Shown here in pieces: positions 41,434 to 55,330 of a stretch of 64,000 nucleotides of DNA (positions are counted from its first letter, which is position 1; the number at the start of each line of letters is the position of its first letter). Below the pieces are notes generated by a model. The model saw only the letters and a list, made by a program, of their open reading frames with translations. It made no database searches and had not been told where the DNA came from. This DNA is from the human T2T-CHM13v2.0 reference genome, Homo sapiens, in NCBI RefSeq assembly GCF_009914755.1, contig NC_060926.1. One strand, 5' to 3'. The translations under genes were made by a program, and so were the position numbers.

Positions 41434-42624
41434 AGCATAGCCTTTTAATCTTTAGTTTCTTCATCAATGAATGAAGGGAAATATCTTTTCATATGTTTGT
41501 TACAAGAAATGAAATTGTATGTAAATGCAATTATATGTAAAAGCCTGACATACATTAAGCTGTCCATAAATTATGCTGTAATTATTATCATATGTAATGT
41601 GCAATTATTGTTTCTATATGTCCAGCACTTTTGCTCCCTTGTTTTGATAGTAGAAAACTTTTCTTTGGGATCTGCTCCTCCCTCATCGAAACCATGAGTT
41701 TTTGCATGCTTCCAGTTCCATTACCCCATTTTCAAGAGGCCATGTGAGCATAGGACTCAGATCCAGATAATAATAATGTTCCACAACTCTAGTGAGAGTG
41801 ATTGATGTGGGAACAGGAATATGATCCATGCCATAGCAATCAGTGTTTACTCTAGGACCCTCTTAAGTAGATCAAGTAGAAAAAATTCCTTTTCTTTCTA
41901 AGAGGATCATCACGGATTTCATGATTACAGACCTAGGGTAACCATGTCCTCTGCATTATAGGGACACAGGAGAGAATTAAGCTGACACCAGGAGACACAG
42001 CTGACACTGGGGAGAAGTGGTGAAGACAGCATCCTGGAAGAGGTGAGACTACTGTCTCTGAAGTTACTACAACTCTTCCATTAATTTTGTGAGCTTCCAT
42101 CGTTTCCTACATGAACATTTATTAAAGTAAGTTGAGTCCAGCTTTTGTCATTTCTACCCAAGTGCTTTTCTGATAAGTATGTCAGCTTGTGTAATGATGA
42201 GCAACACTATAAGAAAAAAGCAGCAGGGCAGATGCATTTCAAGTAACCATGGTGGTGTTAGCAAGCTTTTAGACGTGGAAATCTCTCTACAACATAAGGA
42301 ATAGCTACAGAGCCAAGGCTTCCAAGAGAAAAACAGTGTCACCAACAATGTCTTTAAGCTGTTTTAATCCTTTAAAATCTTCATGAATTGTTGCAATATT
42401 TGTGTGCTCTCCTACATTGTTTCCTAGCACTCTTCTAAAATGTTTCTTTATAAATTTAAATCATTCTAAAGAATGTAACTGCCAGCATATGATAGTAAAA
42501 TGTGAACATTAGAAGAATCCAATTATTCAGTGAATTTTATCCATTGGAACCTTAAAACTCACAATTTGACATCCACTAAAAGCCTTAAAAATATACTTGG
42601 TATATACATTTATTAAACATTTAA

Positions 42625-42925
<301 letters not shown>

Positions 42926-43454
42926 TAAACAATTGAAACATGTTCATAAATCCTTTCTCTCTTTCAAAACTCTTTCTTTTCTATATCCACCAAAACATTT
43001 TGTCCCGATATATTGAACTTTTATGCTTAAAGGCTGTGACTGATCACCCTATCCTACCATTCTTAAACAGAAGAATATCTAAAAATTGAGATATGATTTT
43101 TAGTTATTTCTAGTATTTTTCTGTATTTTAAGTGTTTTTCTTCTGGTTTGAGTTATTTTTTAGGTTAGTCATATGCAATCAATAAAAATAAATATTTTTG
43201 ATACGTACTTATACAGTATATGAAAAATAAAATTTTGTTGAAAATGTAAAAAGAAGAAAAGGAATGAAAACAGTGAACTTAAAAAAATGGAAAAGATTAA
43301 ACATAGATGTAGATTTTGGCTCATTTGACAAAAATCCCCTACGTGCTCCCATCAAGGCACTCTGAGGAAGGTCATGTAAAACAAATCCCTGGGGTCTTGG
43401 AGAGAGTGCCTGGCAGTAAGAAGATAGTGGGACATGGCTGCAGAATTAGGATTT

Positions 43455-45095
43455 TTTGTATATATTTTAAATGTTTTATTTTTATGGGTTTGGGGTGCAA
43501 GTGCAATTGTGTTCATGGATATATTGCATAATGGTGAAGTCTGGGCTTTTAGTGTACCCATGATCTGAACACCGTACATTGTATCCAATAGGTAACATTT
43601 CATCTCTCACCTACTTCTTGCCCTCCCATCTTTGGAGTCTCCAGTGTCTATTATTCCACTCTGTGTGTCCATGTGTACCCATTGTTTAGCTCCCACTTAG
43701 AAATGAGAGCATGTGCTTTTTGACTTTCTGTTTCTGAGTCATTTCACTGAGGATAATGGCCTCCAGTTCCATCCATATTGCTGCAAAAACATGATTACAT
43801 TCTTTTTTATGGCTAAGTAGTATTCCATACCTATGGTTTTTATCCAAACATTCGCTGATGGACACTTAGGCTGATTCCATGACTTTGCTATTGTGAATAC
43901 TGCTGCAATAACCATACAAGTGTCTTTTTGATAGAATGATTCCTGTTGTATTTTGGCACCAATCAGAATGGCTAGTTTAAAAAGGAAAAAAAAAAAATAT
44001 ATATATATATATACACACACACATATATATGTGTGTGTATATAGAAAATACACACACCTATGTGCATATATATGTGTGTGTATATAGAAAAATACTAGAA
44101 ATAACTAAAAATCATATCTCAATTTTTGTATATAATATATATTATGAAATATATATTTTATACTTCTGTTTAAGAGTAGTAGGATAGGGTGATCAGTCAC
44201 AGCCTTTAAGCATAAAAGTTCAATATATTGGGACAAAATGTGTATATATATGTGTGTATATATACACATACATATATGTGTGTGCATATATGTGTATATA
44301 TACACACGCGTGTGCGTATATGTGTGTATACACACATATGTGTGTGTGTATACACACATGTGTGTGAGTATATATATACACATATGTGTGGTATATATAC
44401 ACATATGTATGTATATACATATATATGTGTGTATATATATCATGGCTGGGCATGGTGGCTCATGCCTGTAATAACAGCACTTTGGGAGGCTGAGGCAGGT
44501 GGATCACTTGAGATCAGGAGTTCAAGACCAGCCTGGCCAACATGGTGAAACCCTGTGTCTACTAAAAATACAAAAATTATCCTGGCACGGTGGTGGATCC
44601 CTGTAATCCCAGCTATTCAGGAGGATGAAGTCAGAGACTCGCTTGAACCCGGAAGGCAGAGATTGCAGTGAGCCAAGATCACTCCACTGCACTCCAGCCT
44701 GGGCAACAGAGTAAGACTCCATCTCAAAAAAAAATTATAATTTTAATTTGCATTCCTCTGATGATTTGTGATGTTGAGCATTCTTTCATGTTTGTTGGTC
44801 ACTTTTGTGTCTTCCTTTGAAAAATGTCTGTTCATGTCCTTTGGCCACTTTTTAATGGGGTTACCTATTTTTCTCTTGCTGAGTTCTTTGAGTTCCTAGT
44901 AGATCCTTGGTATTAGCCTTTTGTGAGATGCATTGTTTGCAAATATTTTCTCCCATTCTATAGGTTATCGATTTACTCTTAATTATTTCTTTTGCTGTGC
45001 AGAAGCTTTTTAGTTTAAGTCTCATTTGTCTGTTTTTGTTTTTGTTGTGTTTCCTTTTGAGGTTTTAGTCATAAAATCTTTGCCCAGACTAATTA
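43455..45095 (-). mobile_element. L1PB-like 3' end, internally rearranged and Alu-interrupted
   Basis: 'ggatatattgcataatggtgaagtctgggcttttagtgtaccc' 3' end; resumes after the Alu at 'ttttaatttgcattcctctgatg' to 'aaatctttgcccagactaat'. Confidence 0.85.
44444..44734 (+). mobile_element. AluS
   Basis: Full dimer. Confidence 0.95.
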
Positions 45096-45104
45096 ACTAC
45101 AGGA

Positions 45105-45310
45105 ACTACAGGATGTTAGAGTGACATAAGACTATAGAAACCATCTTTCACCTAATTCCTTCATCTTGCTGATCTTGGACATTAAGTGGAGTGAATTCCA
45201 CACATGGAACTCACACAGAGTCACTAACACATGGTTAGTGACAGAGCTGAGCTGATTACCTAAGTATCCTGGTGCCTGCCGCTCTCCCCCACCACATACC
45301 ACACTGCCCA
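45105..45310 (-). mobile_element. MIR3/MIRc-like SINE
   Basis: 'ggatgttagagtg...agaaaccatct...atggttagtgacagagctgag...accacactgcc'. Confidence 0.6.
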
Positions 45311-48300
45311 AAAATGCTTGCATTAAGATGGAGCTTTGCTCTGCAGTGAAGCTGATTCTGTGCCTGGGCTTAGTTTCTGGCCATATAGGGGCTTGTCTGT
45401 CCCTCAAAGTGGAATAAGAGGGTAGATTTAGTGAAACCATCATGTTTGAGACCCCAGAGTCTAGTAGTAGTTAAAACTTCAGCTGCCCAGGCTTGTGGAA
45501 GCATCCTGCATGGAAGCCTGGGCTTCATGCAGTGCAGTGGATGCCATTTCAGACCAAGGGAGTGGTGTAAAGAGGCAACACTTCTTCCATATTGAGTTTC
45601 TATCTAACCGTGGCCTTTGTTCATTCAACACACTTACATTGAACCTTCTTCATGTGCCAGGCCCGATGCTAACCCTGGGTATACAATGCATAGAAATGAT
45701 TGCTGCCCTCAAGAAGCTCATAGTATGGTGACAAAAGGGTAAGTGCCACGTAAAATCAGAAGTCCCTTCATGCTACAGAAACAGAGCCGAGTGCACTTCT
45801 CAATTCTGGGGCTATAGACACCTTCATGGTCATTGTTGCTAGAGAAATAAGCATAGAGCATCAATTTCTACAAGTGCTGAAAATGGCCACCAGCAATTTT
45901 ATTACATTTCTATCTAAATAAAAGACTGAGGTATAGGAGACCTGAGTAGCAGGCTTCTACTGTGTGCCAGTGCCCCTCTCTTCCTCTCTTAGCACTTGAC
46001 CTTTATCCTAGGAAAAGCACTTACCACACTGAGCTGCAATTCCGAGGTCACCTATCTATTTCTTCTTGACTACAAACCAATGAGAGCATGGATCTCATAT
46101 TTGTTCTGCTTATCTCCTGAACAAAACAGGGCTCTGCATAAAAAATAAAGACTCTGGGAATGTCTGTGAAATGGTGTCCTCTTTATTCTTAGACCAGTCC
46201 CTTCAGTGTACTTATCAGTAAAATGAGAGGGTTGAATCCTGCAGTGTCTAAGTCTTCCCTGATGTTCAGTACTAGTTTAATGAGATATCAGAGGTTAGCA
46301 CAGACACCTGTGCGTGTGTGCATGTGTACCCATGTTTGTTTCAGGGTGGGCTCAACTAACTGGCAGGCACTTATGGAAGTGCAAGTGTGGGGAGGGGAGT
46401 ACTTCTAATGCTTGCACAAGAAAGTGCCGCGGAGTAGAAAAACATGTGAAAAGGGACAATCTTGAACTCCCATAGGAGGGCAATATAACCAAGAAAAAAA
46501 TCGCATCATCATGCATGAGGTCATTTGTCCAATCCCAGGCATTTTTATCCTTCGAATGACAGCGACTGCTGCAGATTTTTTAAGGAGAAAGATCTGAATT
46601 TGTGTACTGTATTTGCCATATATTTGGGAAAGTTTATTAATTCAGTTTTCTTACATACAAAATGGAGATAATAGTACCTGTTTCATAGAAAGGCAGAGAA
46701 GAATCAGTGAGAAAATATTAGTAAACCACCCATTACAGTGCCTGTCACACAGAATATACTAAAAAATATTATTAGTGTTATTTTTTTAACTGTGGAATTT
46801 TTTCTAGAGAGTAGCACTCTAGGCCAAGGTGTGCCTTTGGGAGCAGGACTCCAAAATTGTGAGCTTGCCTGGTTTTGTCACCTGACCTGGACTCTGAGCT
46901 ACAGAAACCAGGTCTGTTGTATAGCCCACCTCAATGTGGAGAGAGAGCTGGTGTTCTTAGCCCAAACACAGAAGGAAGTCCATGTCACTCTGTGGTACTG
47001 CCCTGCTGGGCATTTGTTGTTGACTTACGTGTTCATGAGAGGGAACTCATCCTCAACTCTATGCTGAACCCTCCCTCCTTCTGAAAGCCATGCTTCACTC
47101 TCATCTGCCTCCTATATAGCAGCCTAGTTGTGTGTTTTGTTTATTTTGTGTCTTCTAAATGTTTAATCAATTATGAAACACCCTTCTGAGATTTATGACC
47201 TGACATCTTAAGCCAAGACTGACAGAGAGTCTTACTTACAAGATTGTCTGTGTGTGTATGTGAGCGTTTTATGCACATGTGTGTTTCTATCTATGTGTGA
47301 ATGTATGTAAAAACTCTCTGATCTGCCTGGGATGGTGCCAGAGCTTTTGCCAGAGGCAGGCCAGAGGGTGATTCTGAAAACTTCTGTGTGCCGGGTCAGT
47401 GGGGCAGGAGGGAGGTCCTTGCACACAACTCCCATCTCTAGACTGAGTATCAGTTATGATACCCTCTGAAGAAGCAAACTGGGTGGAAAGTTCAATCACT
47501 TTCACACTCGCAGAAGCACCGATGCACCAAACACTCATTTAAATAAAATAAATGCATAAAGACTTAGAGCATATTATCATGTTTAGACTAAACCATTACA
47601 AGCATATAGGCCAGAAATTTAAAAAAGGTGTTATTCCTGAAAAATAAGATTGATTTTGGACTTCTTAAAACTTAATGTCATGAACCAGACATCCATAATT
47701 ATATTATTTGTCTTATACAAATGAAAAAGAATAAATTAAAACTGGACATGTTGCAACGGGACTGTTGACATTATATACAAAGCCTGCTTATTGTCATAAG
47801 ATACTCTTAACCTTCAAGCCAAAATCTTTCAAAACTATTAGTGTTAAATCTAGCAGCTGTTGTCAGAGTTCTCCTGTTCTCTGTTTTATGCATTGTGCTT
47901 TATTTGAAATGTTTGTTATATTTGTGTATATAACTTTCTGTGGGCTGTTCCTTGAAAGCTCCAAGGATTAAACATGAAGGTTGAGCCAGTTCAAAAGGAA
48001 CAAAGTTAAGAAAATTAAAGAAAACTTGCTAAAATGAATGTTTAAACCATTAAAATATTTAGCAAGCTTTGCCTGGAGCTATTTCCTTTATGTAAAGCAT
48101 GATGCATTTCTTTTCTTTCTCATTCTCTCTTTTCGAAAACAAATGAGGTTAAGAAAAACACACTTCTGCTCTGAAGGATTTTTTTTTAGCATTAGAAATT
48201 TAATATCTAAATATTTTATGCAAATAGATATGCTTGATTGTGGCAGAAATATCTCAAACATCCCAAGCATTTGGACCAGTGGTTTGTGACTGTATTAGTC

Positions 48301-48649
48301 AGATGAAGGAGATGCAGAGCTGAAGGGATTGTCCTCTTTGAACTTGGACCAGCCTATGACTTTACTAAGTCCTTAGGACTTAACTGTGTGGTAACAGAGA
48401 ATATAGTTCTTCTGTACTTTTGAAAGGCAAAAGAGAGGATAAACTTTGCAGAATTCGATGTAGATATATTAGGCATTCTGATTTTATTTATTCAGTATGC
48501 TAAAGGAGAGTATTTGATTGATTATTTTTTTCGCACAAGAAAATACCCAATCTAGCTCTCTCCACTATTCCATGGCATTTAAAGTATTCTTCCTGTTCAG
48601 AAACGCCAGGCCTTTGATTTGTCCCAGCAGCCATCCACCCATCCATTCG

Positions 48650-48870
48650 GGGAAAGTGTGGTGTGATGGAAAAAGCACTAGCTTCAAGTCAAACCATTTT
48701 GTGTTCAAATGACATTTACTAGCTGCGTGACTTACGAAATTCAGTTAACCTCTTGAGCTTTGGTTTCTTCATCTGTAAGATATAATACCTACTTCATTGC
48801 GACATTTTTAAGAATTAAATGAGATAATGCACTTCAAATGTTTTGTTTAGTACCTGTCTCAATAAATGTT
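48650..48870 (+). mobile_element. MIR
   Basis: 'tttactagctgcgtgactt...ttaacctcttgagctttggtttcttcatctgtaa...aattaaatgagataatgca'. Confidence 0.78.
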
Positions 48871-49248
48871 CAGAGAAAATATTCACCAAGAAATATTTGT
48901 CAAATACTTACTGGAACCAGTTACTTCCTTCATCCCCTCAGGTCTAGGAAACCTAAACTAGAATAGGAATCTTGAGAGTTGTCCTTTTGTAAGATCACCA
49001 ACCACCTTTGCCTAGTACAGAAAGTACCATACTTTCTTGAAGGACAGTGTCCTTAAGTGTCTCAATAAGTTTTTCACAGTACTCATAGACCAAAAACATA
49101 CTAACACATATTTCCCCTTAGTAAGTAGTTAGTTCCAAAAAAACTTGATAGGCATTTATGCCTTTGTAATCATTTGAAAAAAAAATAATATACTGAACAT
49201 AACAAGGGAAAAAACATTTTTATTCCATTCTTTAAAAACTACAATTAT

Positions 49249-49546
49249 GGCTGGGTGCGATGGCTCACGCCTGTAATCTTAGCACTTTGGGAAGCCAAAG
49301 CAGGTGGATCACCTGAGGTCAGGAGTTCAAGAAGAGCTTGGCCAACATGGCAAAAGCCCGTCTCTACTAAAAATACAAAAATTAGCCAGGCATGGTTGTG
49401 CATGCCTGTAATCGCAGCTTCTCGGGAGGCTGAGGCAGGAGAATCATTTGAACCCAGGGGGCAGAGGTTGCAATGATCTGAGATCACGCCACTTCACTCC
49501 AGCCTGGGCGAAAGCGAAATTCCATCTCAAAAACTAAAAAAAAAAA
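49249..49546 (+). mobile_element. AluS
   Basis: Full dimer; TSD aaaaactacaatta / aaaatctacaatta. Confidence 0.96.
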
Positions 49547-49930
49547 TCTACAATTACTCACTAATGAGATGTGTACTCAGTGAACCCTGTGAAACCACAA
49601 AATTTGGAGTCAGCTTGAATGCTGACACTCTTGTTTCCTGTTTCACATTAATTTATATGCAGTGTGTGCTTTTTATCCACAACCACCAAAACAATTTTTG
49701 GTTATTTGCAAAAATATAGCATCACTGAAAGGGATGTGATACAATCTAATGTTAAAACTGTGCCCTACCTTGAGTCAGTAGTTCACATGATGCAATACAG
49801 ATGCCAGTGTCCCTGGCTGTGTTCCCCTGGAAATTGATTTTTTCAGTTAAGAAAATTTAAAAGCCTGTGGCTTCCCTATAAATATGCTGTGGCATCCTAG
49901 GGAACCTGGGCACAAAGATTGGAAACCTGA

Positions 49931-50286
49931 TGTATTAGTCCATTTTCATGTTGCCAATAAAGACATACCTGAGACTGGGCAATTTAGAAAGGAAAGAGGT
50001 TTAACTGGACTGACAGTTCCACGTGGCTGGGGAATCCTCCCAATCATGGCAGAAGGCAAGGAGGAGCAAGTCATGTTTTACATGGATGGCAGCAGGCAGA
50101 AAGAGAGCTTGTGCAGGGAGACATCCACTTTTCAAAACCATCAGATCACGTGATACTTATTCGCGATCATGAGAACAGCATGGGAAATACCTGCCCCCAT
50201 GATTCAATTACCTCCCACTGGGTCCCTCTCACAACATGAGGGAATTCAAGATGAGATTTGGGTGGGGACACAGCTAAACTATATCA
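49931..50286 (-). mobile_element. THE1 (THE1B-like) MaLR solo LTR
   Basis: 'tgtattagtccattttcatgttgccaataaagacatacctgagactgggcaattt...gggtggggacacagctaaactatatca'. Confidence 0.92.
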
Positions 50287-52765
50287 CCTATAATCCTAGA
50301 GTGCCCGTAGAACATTTTTGTGTTGCTTCTGCAAATAAATTTTCTTACTTCTAGCCCCAATTTTGAATTCTCAAAAGGGACTGAGGTGCCTGTAGAAATA
50401 TTGAAATAGTAAAGACTAGAACCTCTGTGCACTCACATCTATCTAGCCACTCAAGGTACAAAGGCCAGCCTCAGCTATGTGTATCACGGATCCTCTGACC
50501 AGGCTCCAAAGACAGAGGTCAAAGGGAGCAGGAGTTAAAGAAATACAGCCATCCACCAGCCTGCCTGACTGTTTGCTTAAGTAATAGCCAACTGGCTTTT
50601 TTACATAAAGACCAGCCATTCTACCTTCCTTTTCAGAATTTTAATAATATCTACTGCCCAGTAGCTTGTAGAGTCATAGAGTGCCACTCACAAAGTCACC
50701 AACCAAGTTTCTCCTGCTCAGAGCCTGGCATTATATTTAACTGGCTGTGTCTAAGTTTCCTGTTTCTAAACTTCCCTGGGCACATTGTCAAGACTGTACT
50801 TTCCCATGCAGCACTCTACCCTGCCCTTCACAGGCCCACCCCTTATACTGTGGCTCCAGTAATATTTCAATTAGCAACTTTCAGAGGTGCCAAAGACGCA
50901 AGCCCTAGGCTTTAGTCTGTTTATTCTTACACAAATGAATGTACATTTTTGTGCTTCAATTTAGAAACTACCAGAAGCCTGGAACTGTGCTATATTCTGT
51001 GGATGCTAAAGGGAAAGACTGAAATGCTCTCTTGCCCTTGGAGGAAAAATACTTAGCAGTTTCTGTTTTGCCGCTTATTGAGCTACAGTCTTACTTTCCT
51101 TGACAAATGCAAATCTCATGCTTTATCTTAAGGCTGTCATAGAGTGAGAGAGAGAGAGAGGAGGTAAAGAGGCTTTCTGGGGATGCTAGCTTCTCCTTCA
51201 GCTCTCAACTGGGAACCACACACAATGAACGATGGAAGACTGAGGACAAGGACCCACACTCATCTCTGTTTATGTAGATCCCCTGAGAATTTGCCAAGAA
51301 GAAAAAGGCTCCTGGCTTCTTAAAGCTTTGACTTGGCCTCTTAATGGGAAGACCAGTCCATAACGCCTTGCCCTGCTGTTGAATATCTGGAAAGACCTCC
51401 CTCCACTCCAATGTGCCAGAATAATTCTCCTCTAGCCCTCAAGTTAAAAGTGTCTGTTTCATACTTATTTAAAGAATGCGTCTTAAATTTATGTTACTTA
51501 TTAAAAGTAACATAAATTATCAAATTTTCAAAAAGAAAACAATGTTACCCATAATCTTGTCAAGATAGAATATTTCCTTTCATTCTTTCTTTTAAAGTAA
51601 ATTAGAAAAAAGAAAAAGTTGAACTCTCTGTATATGACTCTCTCCCCTGCCATTTAGATCCTGGCATTTCTAGGGCTTTCAGGTTCAAGGGTAACATGAC
51701 CCAACTCTAACCTTACTCACACCCCTTACCTGTCCACTGAGCCATGTCCACTCATACACATAGGAAGTTCCTGTCTAACCCTGTGGAAAGAGTTGCACCC
51801 TCCAAATGGTTTCAGAAAGGGAAAGCCTAAAAAAAAGGTGTGGAGAAGAGTAGAAAAAAGTCTGGTGTAGTCAAAAAGCAGGAGTCATCACAGTAGAGGG
51901 ACAGCATTTATGCTCTCTGGATCTTTTCTTCCTGAACCAAGTTGGAAATGCAGGTGAAGGCACAAAAGATCATTTGCACTATTCATGCCAGTATGCTCAA
52001 TCTGGTTTCAGAAGCCTAGCAAGAATAGATCCCAGATTATCTTTCTCAGTACATTTTTGTAGGCCTTGTAATAAATAAAAATTCTTTCTAGATTTTGGCA
52101 ATAGGCTGAGATTCAATCAGATCTAGTTTTTGAAGCTGAAGTGGGGGTGAAAGTGATTGGGGACAGCACATGAGATTCATAGCGATGAGTCAATACAAAT
52201 TAAACAGGATTCAAAGGCCATTAATTTTATATACTTCTTTAGTAAGAGTTAAGCTATTTAAAACTAGATGATGGGATATATTGCAAGCAATTTGATTCAT
52301 TTATTAGAAGTATAAGGATCTGAAAATTGCTGCAGATGGCACCTAAAGCCTATGGATGAGAGAAAATAAGAGTATGTGGCCTATAGGAAGGATTCAGACC
52401 ACCCTTCAACTCTTCATTCATCACCTATTTGACAGCATTCCTACACAGGTATTGAAAATAAAGAAACAAATTTGAATCCCTTGTGATTTGTATACATGAT
52501 GTGATTTATGTATTTCAACATTTCCCCATCCATCTCACCTTGCTATTCTCTGTATAGGTAGTTAGGATGTCCTCCTTTTACAGATGAAAATTTATTATGA
52601 AAGCACTGATGAGACTAAGTAGATACTAATGTGATCATTTATTAGTTCATTGATTCTAGATCATTAATTTATATCCTTACTCATTTAGTTTTTGGTAAAC
52701 ACTATTTCAGAACCTGTGCTAGGTTTTGAAGATGAATGTAAGCAGTGAAGATGAATGTAAGAATA

Positions 52766-52959
52766 CCAGTAAATGTTTCACAATTGTTTTTTGGGAGGTG
52801 AGAGGTGAGGCTGATTGGTAGTATTTGCCAATTTCTGTACTATAAATTTCACTATGGTTGATTTTGAACTACTAATATGCCGTCAATGAAGTTAGAGGTA
52901 GGATAGATGCATACAATTGGCCCTTGCAAGTGGTATATCTTGCCCCAGTACACCACTGG
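52766..52959. mobile_element. MER63-like hAT MITE nested in an L2 fragment (~52680-53500)
   Basis: 'ccagtaaatgttt...tatttgccaatttctgtactataaat...ccagtacaccactgg'. Confidence 0.65.
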
Positions 52960-55049
52960 ACAACAAGGTTTAGAAAAGAGCTCCTGTGTTTGAGTTGCAC
53001 ATGGTGTTAAGCCAAGAACAGAATTGTAAATAAGTATTTACAATATATAATTAGATAAATGCTGTAATAAATGCGGAAGGGACCACATTTATCCAGAGAG
53101 CTGTGGAAGTACAATTTTTCTATAACAGCTATCAGATAGGCTTCACAGAGTAGGTGATGTCTGAATTGAACCTTAAAGAATAAGTATTAATTCTTCAGTC
53201 AGTCAATGTGAGGCAAAGACTTCTCAGACTGCGGAAAGGCATGGGCAAGGACACAAAAGTGCATGAGCATGGTATGTCAAGAGAGCTGTGAGCATGATAT
53301 ATCAAGAGAACTGTGAGTAGTTTGTTAAGACATAAGGTGAGTGTGTCCTGAAAAAGTCTCAGGAAAAGAGACGTAAGATCATAAAGAAATTTTAAATTGT
53401 GTAAAGGAGTCTAGACTTGTTTTACTATAAGGGAACATAAAAAGCTCAGTTTTTTTTTAAAATCACTTTACTTGTAGTAATTAGACAGTCAGAAGGATAC
53501 CACAGGAACCCAACTGAGAACAAGAAAGGCTAGGAATAAGGAGGAAAGAAGGATGTGACAATCAAAGTGTAGAATCAACTGGATAGACTGAGCTAATAGA
53601 GACTTGAATGTAGTCCTCTACCTTCTCCATTCCCCACTGATTTTTTATCTCCCTCACTGTACTGCACTCCACATACAGTGGCAGTTTCTGGGGTGACTCT
53701 GGCCAGCAAGTCAACCCTTCCTGTCCCCAGTTTCCCCCAGGTTGTGGATTGTGGAGGCAGTCTTCCCTTTCGGCAGGCTCTATCTCTGTTACTGAGTGCT
53801 GCAAAATTGGTTTACTCCCTCCTTTGAAAGGCCATGCAGGCCCAGGGCCACACTGCGGAGAACATGTGGTTGCTATTTCATTTATGCTTTATCATTTTTC
53901 ATTCTGACATTAAAGCTCCTCTGCAGCAGGGTGAGAGCGCTGTGCATTGTAAGGAGTAATGTGAACCGAGGGCTCCTGCTTCATGCCAGAGGAAACGTGA
54001 TTCAGAAACAATTTGAGGGCAACTGCAAGGTGATGTGGCCCAGAGAACCAGAAGCTATTGAAACTTTAAACATCATTTCTGGACAGTATAATATGTTCTG
54101 CGGGGCAGCTTGGAAAAACAGGAAAACCCTCCTTGGCCAATCCTTGGAGAATTAGAAATCTTTAAATATCATATGGAGCAAATATATCTTAAAGAGCCCC
54201 TAGCCCTTATAGTCAAACACCCAAATGTTGAGCTGGAGGCATCTTCATCCCATGGCCCCAAGAGAAAGCTGGGGCCATGGAAGGGGATGGGCCTCACCTC
54301 AAGTCTTCCATACCCGCATGGCCAACGTGGGTCTTCTGACTTTTCCTACCCTATAGCAGACTTTCTCTTCAATAATTAGTTTGTGCCAATCTGTCCTTCT
54401 AACCTAGAACCATTGAAAGATCCTTTGTAAACAGAAAGACAGCTGTCTTATTTATCCTTGCACAGTGAATTCATTTTGTGTTTGCATGCATCTCTCCCAC
54501 TGGTGATATATTAGTTGATGGTGCCTAAGCATAGTGACTGTAAGAGAGCTAATGCTCAATAAATATTGCTGGAAGAGTCAAAGAAAAGGGACAAAAAGAA
54601 CAGCAGAGGAGGAAAAGAGTATGAGAAAACCACGAGGGAATGAAGATTCTTAGCTTGGGATTATTACATAAGGAAAAGAAGAGCTATTATGTATTCTGTA
54701 AACAGATGTAGTTAGAGATAAACATAACAGCAATTTGTATTTATTGAATGGTACTTTTAAAATCTCAAATTCTGTCATCAGTTTATCAGTGAAAAATTAC
54801 ATTTTAGCTGTGCACCATTAATAATTCATATCAAATACCAAAGGTATTGAAAATTCAGTGTTCAAATACCCATGACTGTAACCAAATGTAATTGCTACTG
54901 TTTTGTGGGACTCAGAAGACCGCTCCCTTCTTTTCTCTGCTTTTCAATCATAATAACCAATCCCTCTGACCTCGGTGAGTAGGTGGGAATACAACGTGAC
55001 TCACTGTGATAGGTGAAATGAATTTTTATAAAGAATGCCTCATCTCCGA

Positions 55050-55330
55050 TTTCTTAAAAATAACAGTTTCAGATTTACATAGAATGTGTACCGATAGCAC
55101 AGCAAGTTCCCACAGAGCCATTCCCATTTTTCCCAATTATTAACATTTTACATTAGTATGGTACATTGATTAAAATCAATGAACAACATTGACACATTAT
55201 TATTAGCTAATGTCCATACTAAATTCAGATGTTCTTAGCTTTTGCGTAATGTGAAATCCCATCCAGGATGTCACATTCCATTCTGTGGTCCAGACTCCTT
55301 AGGCTCCTCTTGGCTGTGACAGTTCTCTCT
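55050..55330 (-). mobile_element. L1MC-like 3' fragment
   Basis: 'cagtttcagatttacatagaa...tacattagtatggtacatt...catccaggatgtcacatt...ggctcctcttggctgtgacagtt'. Confidence 0.7.

Noticed and set aside
43400-43460. 'TKNPNSAA' as the continuation of the homeodomain-like fragment beyond the MIR and L1
   Set aside because: Only a short resemblance; no helix-2 or helix-3 (WFQNRR) residues follow.
44105-44548. Tyr/Ile/His/Cys/Val-rich ORFs
   Set aside because: Translations of the TA/CA low-complexity tract and Alu.
53796-54379. Overlapping 119-aa and 89-aa ORFs in non-repeat DNA
   Set aside because: Non-ATG starts, no recognisable motifs, and lengths expected by chance.
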